This document shows, in pieces, positions 38,345 to 40,510 of a stretch of 40,510 nt of DNA. Position numbers and translations under genes: made by a program. Each line of letters opens with the position of its first letter. The first letter of the stretch is position 1. Under the pieces are notes generated by a model, which worked only from the letters and a program-made list of their open reading frames with translations, was not told the DNA's origin and searched no databases. Source of the stretch: a virus (taxonomy: Duplodnaviria > Caudoviricetes); IMG/VR virus record IMGVR_UViG_3300004633_000007, positions 1-40,510 of that record. One strand, given 5' to 3'.

Positions 38345-38428
38345 GGAAGCCCGTCAAGCGGAGATCCTCTCCAGCACACATTGCACGAGGTGATCTTCAG
38401 TCACCGCAATCCGCGGCAGCGGGCTTTT
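38345..38428 (+). ncRNA. Putative tracrRNA/scaffold RNA
   Basis: Nested stems and two segments complementary to the repeat core (38365-38376, 38394-38400); TAAACT -10 at 38333-38338. Confidence 0.75.
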
Positions 38429-38430
38429 GA

Positions 38431-38647
38431 GGAGAGGAACTGAAGGGTTGAACGGTGTCGGGCTTGGAGAGGAACTGAAGGGTTGAACGGTGTCGGGCTT
38501 GGAGAGGAACTGAAGGGTTATTGCAATGAGTTTTTGTTGCAGTGGTCGCAAGTCTGGAGAGGTAACTGAAGGATCAAATGATTTGCCATTCCGCGCGTTG
38601 GTACACGCGCGTTGCAGTGGCCGTAAATCTGGAGGGGCAACTGAAGG
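38431..38647 (+). CRISPR. Degenerate CRISPR-like array, segment A (5 repeats)
   Basis: Cores at 38431, 38466, 38501; 37-nt GTTGCAG...AACTGAAGG repeats at 38536-38572 and 38611-38647; spacers 19, 19 (identical), 19, 38 nt. Confidence 0.85.
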
Positions 38648-38685
38648 AGCGTAACTACCGGCCAGCCGGTGCGTAAACTGAAAAC

Positions 38686-39834
38686 GTGAACACCGAAACC
38701 GAAGGCCACCGCATCATTGCGCTCAAAGTCGATATCGACTGGCGCAACGCCGAAAGCAAAAAACTCTACAAGCGCCTGCGCGATCTCTCCTGGCAATCCG
38801 CGCGCTACCGCAACTATCACGCCATGGCGCTCTATGCGCGCGAGCAGGGCTGGCGGCAGGAGGATAGCGAGGATCGCAATGCGATCATCAAGTTGATCCG
38901 CAAAAATGAAAAGCAGGAACTGAGCGGCGCGGCCTATTCCGCCGCCGAGCGCGAAGTGGACGCGGCCTATAGCCGCGACTCCAGGCGCATTTATAGCGGA
39001 CAGCCCATTCCGCAGTGGCGGCCGGCGGCGTCTCTCAGCGTGCGCGGGCACCGCAACAAGAACGAATCCGGCGTCCGGCTGGAGGTCGAGGGCGGGCGCT
39101 ACGTGGCCTATCTCCAGGCGCAGTCCAAAGAATGCGAGGACGGTTCCTGGCTGCGCCTGCCGATCGCCCAGAACACGCGCCGCGACGAATACCAGAAGCC
39201 GGTCCTCGATGCGATGGTCCAGTGGACGACGGCCATCGACAAAGCCTTCATACAAATCAAGCCGCACGCAGTCGTTTTGCGACTAAGCTACAAGTTGAAC
39301 TATTCGCTCTCACCGATGGGGCAGCGCAAGGCGACCTTGGGTCCGCTGGTCGGCGAGCGTTTGTTGCTCCGCACCGAGGCCGCTACCCAGACCAAAGACT
39401 ACAGTTCGCAGATCGCCAATATCCGGTCGAAGAAAGACGCCTGGGACCAGATCCGGCGGCGGGCTCTCGCGCAGATCGGCTGGCGCCACGGGCAGGCCCG
39501 CATGAAGCGCGAGCGGCTGGCGCATTTGTCGTGGGACGACTGGCTGCTCACGTATCTGCAGACCTGGACGCGCAATGTGGCCGCCTGGTGCCATTCGCAG
39601 GGAGTGGGCGAGATTTCCATTGCATCCATCGCGGACGGCGACTGGCCGGCGGATAAGTTCGTCAAGTTGCTGCGCTACAAGGCCGCGGCTCTCGGCATGA
39701 AGGTGAACGAAGCGGCGGATGTCACCGAGCGTAGCGGCGAACGCGCCGCCCAAGCCGTGGTCCGCAAGCATCAGACTGCCGTTAAAAAGCGGCGGCAGGC
39801 CGAGCGGCAGTTGCAGCATCAGTTGAAGGCTTGA
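38686..39834 (+). CDS. Nuclease-dead Cas12f/TnpB-like RNA-guided DNA-binding protein
   Basis: Collinear Cas12f-like motifs (IDW..LR.L, IYSG..IP.W, YVAYL, LRLSY, HG..R, GVGEI, W....L.YKA...GMKV); RuvC-I D and RuvC-II E absent; Zn finger and RuvC-III replaced by a basic helix; flanked by repeats. Confidence 0.8.
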   Translation: MNTETEGHRIIALKVDIDWRNAESKKLYKRLRDLSWQSARYRNYHAMALYAREQGWRQEDSEDRNAIIKLIRKNEKQELSGAAYSAAEREVDAAYSRDSRRIYSGQPIPQWRPAASLSVRGHRNKNESGVRLEVEGGRYVAYLQAQSKECEDGSWLRLPIAQNTRRDEYQKPVLDAMVQWTTAIDKAFIQIKPHAVVLRLSYKLNYSLSPMGQRKATLGPLVGERLLLRTEAATQTKDYSSQIANIRSKKDAWDQIRRRALAQIGWRHGQARMKRERLAHLSWDDWLLTYLQTWTRNVAAWCHSQGVGEISIASIADGDWPADKFVKLLRYKAAALGMKVNEAADVTERSGERAAQAVVRKHQTAVKKRRQAERQLQHQLKA

Positions 39835-39970
39835 GGAGAGGAACTGAAGGGAAATGGGATTCTGGGCGGCGTCGTCGCAGTAAATCGAAGCATTGGAGAG
39901 GAACTGAAGGGTCCACCCATTGGCCGTCGGCGCGTCGCAGTAATCGAGAGTGTTTGAAGAGGAACTAAGA
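39835..39970 (+). CRISPR. Degenerate CRISPR-like array, segment B (3 repeats)
   Basis: Core 39835-39850 abutting the stop codon; 37-nt GTCGCAG repeats at 39874-39910 and 39934-39970; two 23-nt spacers. Confidence 0.85.
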
Positions 39971-39971
39971 A

Positions 39972-40307
39972 ATGGCACATATATCTACAGAAGAGTTGGA
40001 CAACATCGCCCGCCTGGGGCTCGAAGACCTGCGGGCGTGCTTCAGCGCGCAGCCTCCGAGCGGGGCGCTGGAGCGCGCGGAACTCACGCTGAAGGTATTG
40101 CGGCAGGGCACCAGCCGCATGTCGGGTGAAAATAACCGCATCGCCACGGCGCTCAAGGTCGCCAAAGCCGCGGCCATCGCGCCCGAAGACCAGCGCACGC
40201 TGTGGGCGCAGATCGCCGCCAGCGGCGCGGAGTTTACGCCCCGGCCGCCGCGGGCCCTGCCCGGCCACGCGCCCGCCACTCGCGAGAAACCGGCGAAATC
40301 GGCGTAG
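39972..40307 (+). CDS. 111-aa helical protein embedded in the array
   Basis: ATG 1 nt after the repeat; the repeat's GAGGA could act as SD; stop followed by the next core. Confidence 0.65.
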   Translation: MAHISTEELDNIARLGLEDLRACFSAQPPSGALERAELTLKVLRQGTSRMSGENNRIATALKVAKAAAIAPEDQRTLWAQIAASGAEFTPRPPRALPGHAPATREKPAKSA

Positions 40308-40312
40308 GTTTT

Positions 40313-40510
40313 GGAGAGGAACTGAAGGACCGAGGTGCGCCATTGGAGAGGAACTGAAGGGTCGAACGTCGACCACGGTGCTTTGGAGAGGAACTGAAGG
40401 GAAACGGCGAAATCGGCGTAGGTTTTGGAGAGGAACTGAAGGACCGAGGTGCGCCATTGGAGAGGAACTGAAGGGTCGAACGTCGACCACGGTGCTTTGG
40501 AGAGGAACTG
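40313..40510 (+). CRISPR. Degenerate CRISPR-like array, segment C1 (core-only units, 114-bp tandem duplication)
   Basis: Cores at 40313, 40345, 40385, 40427, 40459, 40499; intervening 16, 24, 26, 16, 24 nt. Confidence 0.85.

Noticed and set aside
39819-40490. 223-aa minus-strand ORF
   Set aside because: Antisense translation of the repeats (FSSSP units).
38431-40510. Interpretation as a TIGR-Tas array or simple VNTR
   Set aside because: No alternating edge/loop repeats and no Nop-domain protein; unique spacers, 37-nt repeats and an anti-repeat fit a type V-like system.
1-40510. tRNA/rRNA genes and host assignment
   Set aside because: No tRNA or rRNA recognised by eye; the moron style suggests Acidobacteriota but this cannot be supported without a search.

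Overview
The window appears to be a complete circular temperate or plasmid-like phage genome of about 40.4 kb: bases 1-98 repeat exactly at 40413-40510. It is GC-rich and has a P22-like podovirus virion module (terminases, portal, scaffold, coat, two gp4-like adaptors, gp10-like hub, tail fibres, three DNA-injection proteins). It also carries a Xer-like tyrosine recombinase with an adjacent dif-like site, a Rep with internal iterons, a SNF2-helicase/methyltransferase fusion and many antisense morons. The standout is an RNA-guided locus inserted in the late operon across the genome junction (38345-40510 plus 1-249). It comprises a 382-aa Cas12f/TnpB-like protein lacking all RuvC catalytic motifs, a structured ~85-nt tracrRNA-like element with a bipartite anti-repeat, 16 degenerate CRISPR-like repeats reduced to a conserved 16-nt core (GGAGAGGAACTGAAGG) with mostly short spacers, and a 111-aa ORF embedded in the array. 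Two solitary repeat-guide units lie elsewhere, one in frame inside a Cas4-like nuclease gene and one in the replication control region; each guide duplicates the sequence just upstream. A second, N-terminally truncated IS605-type TnpB with intact catalytic residues is also present. All family assignments come from motif recognition by eye; no database searches were run.
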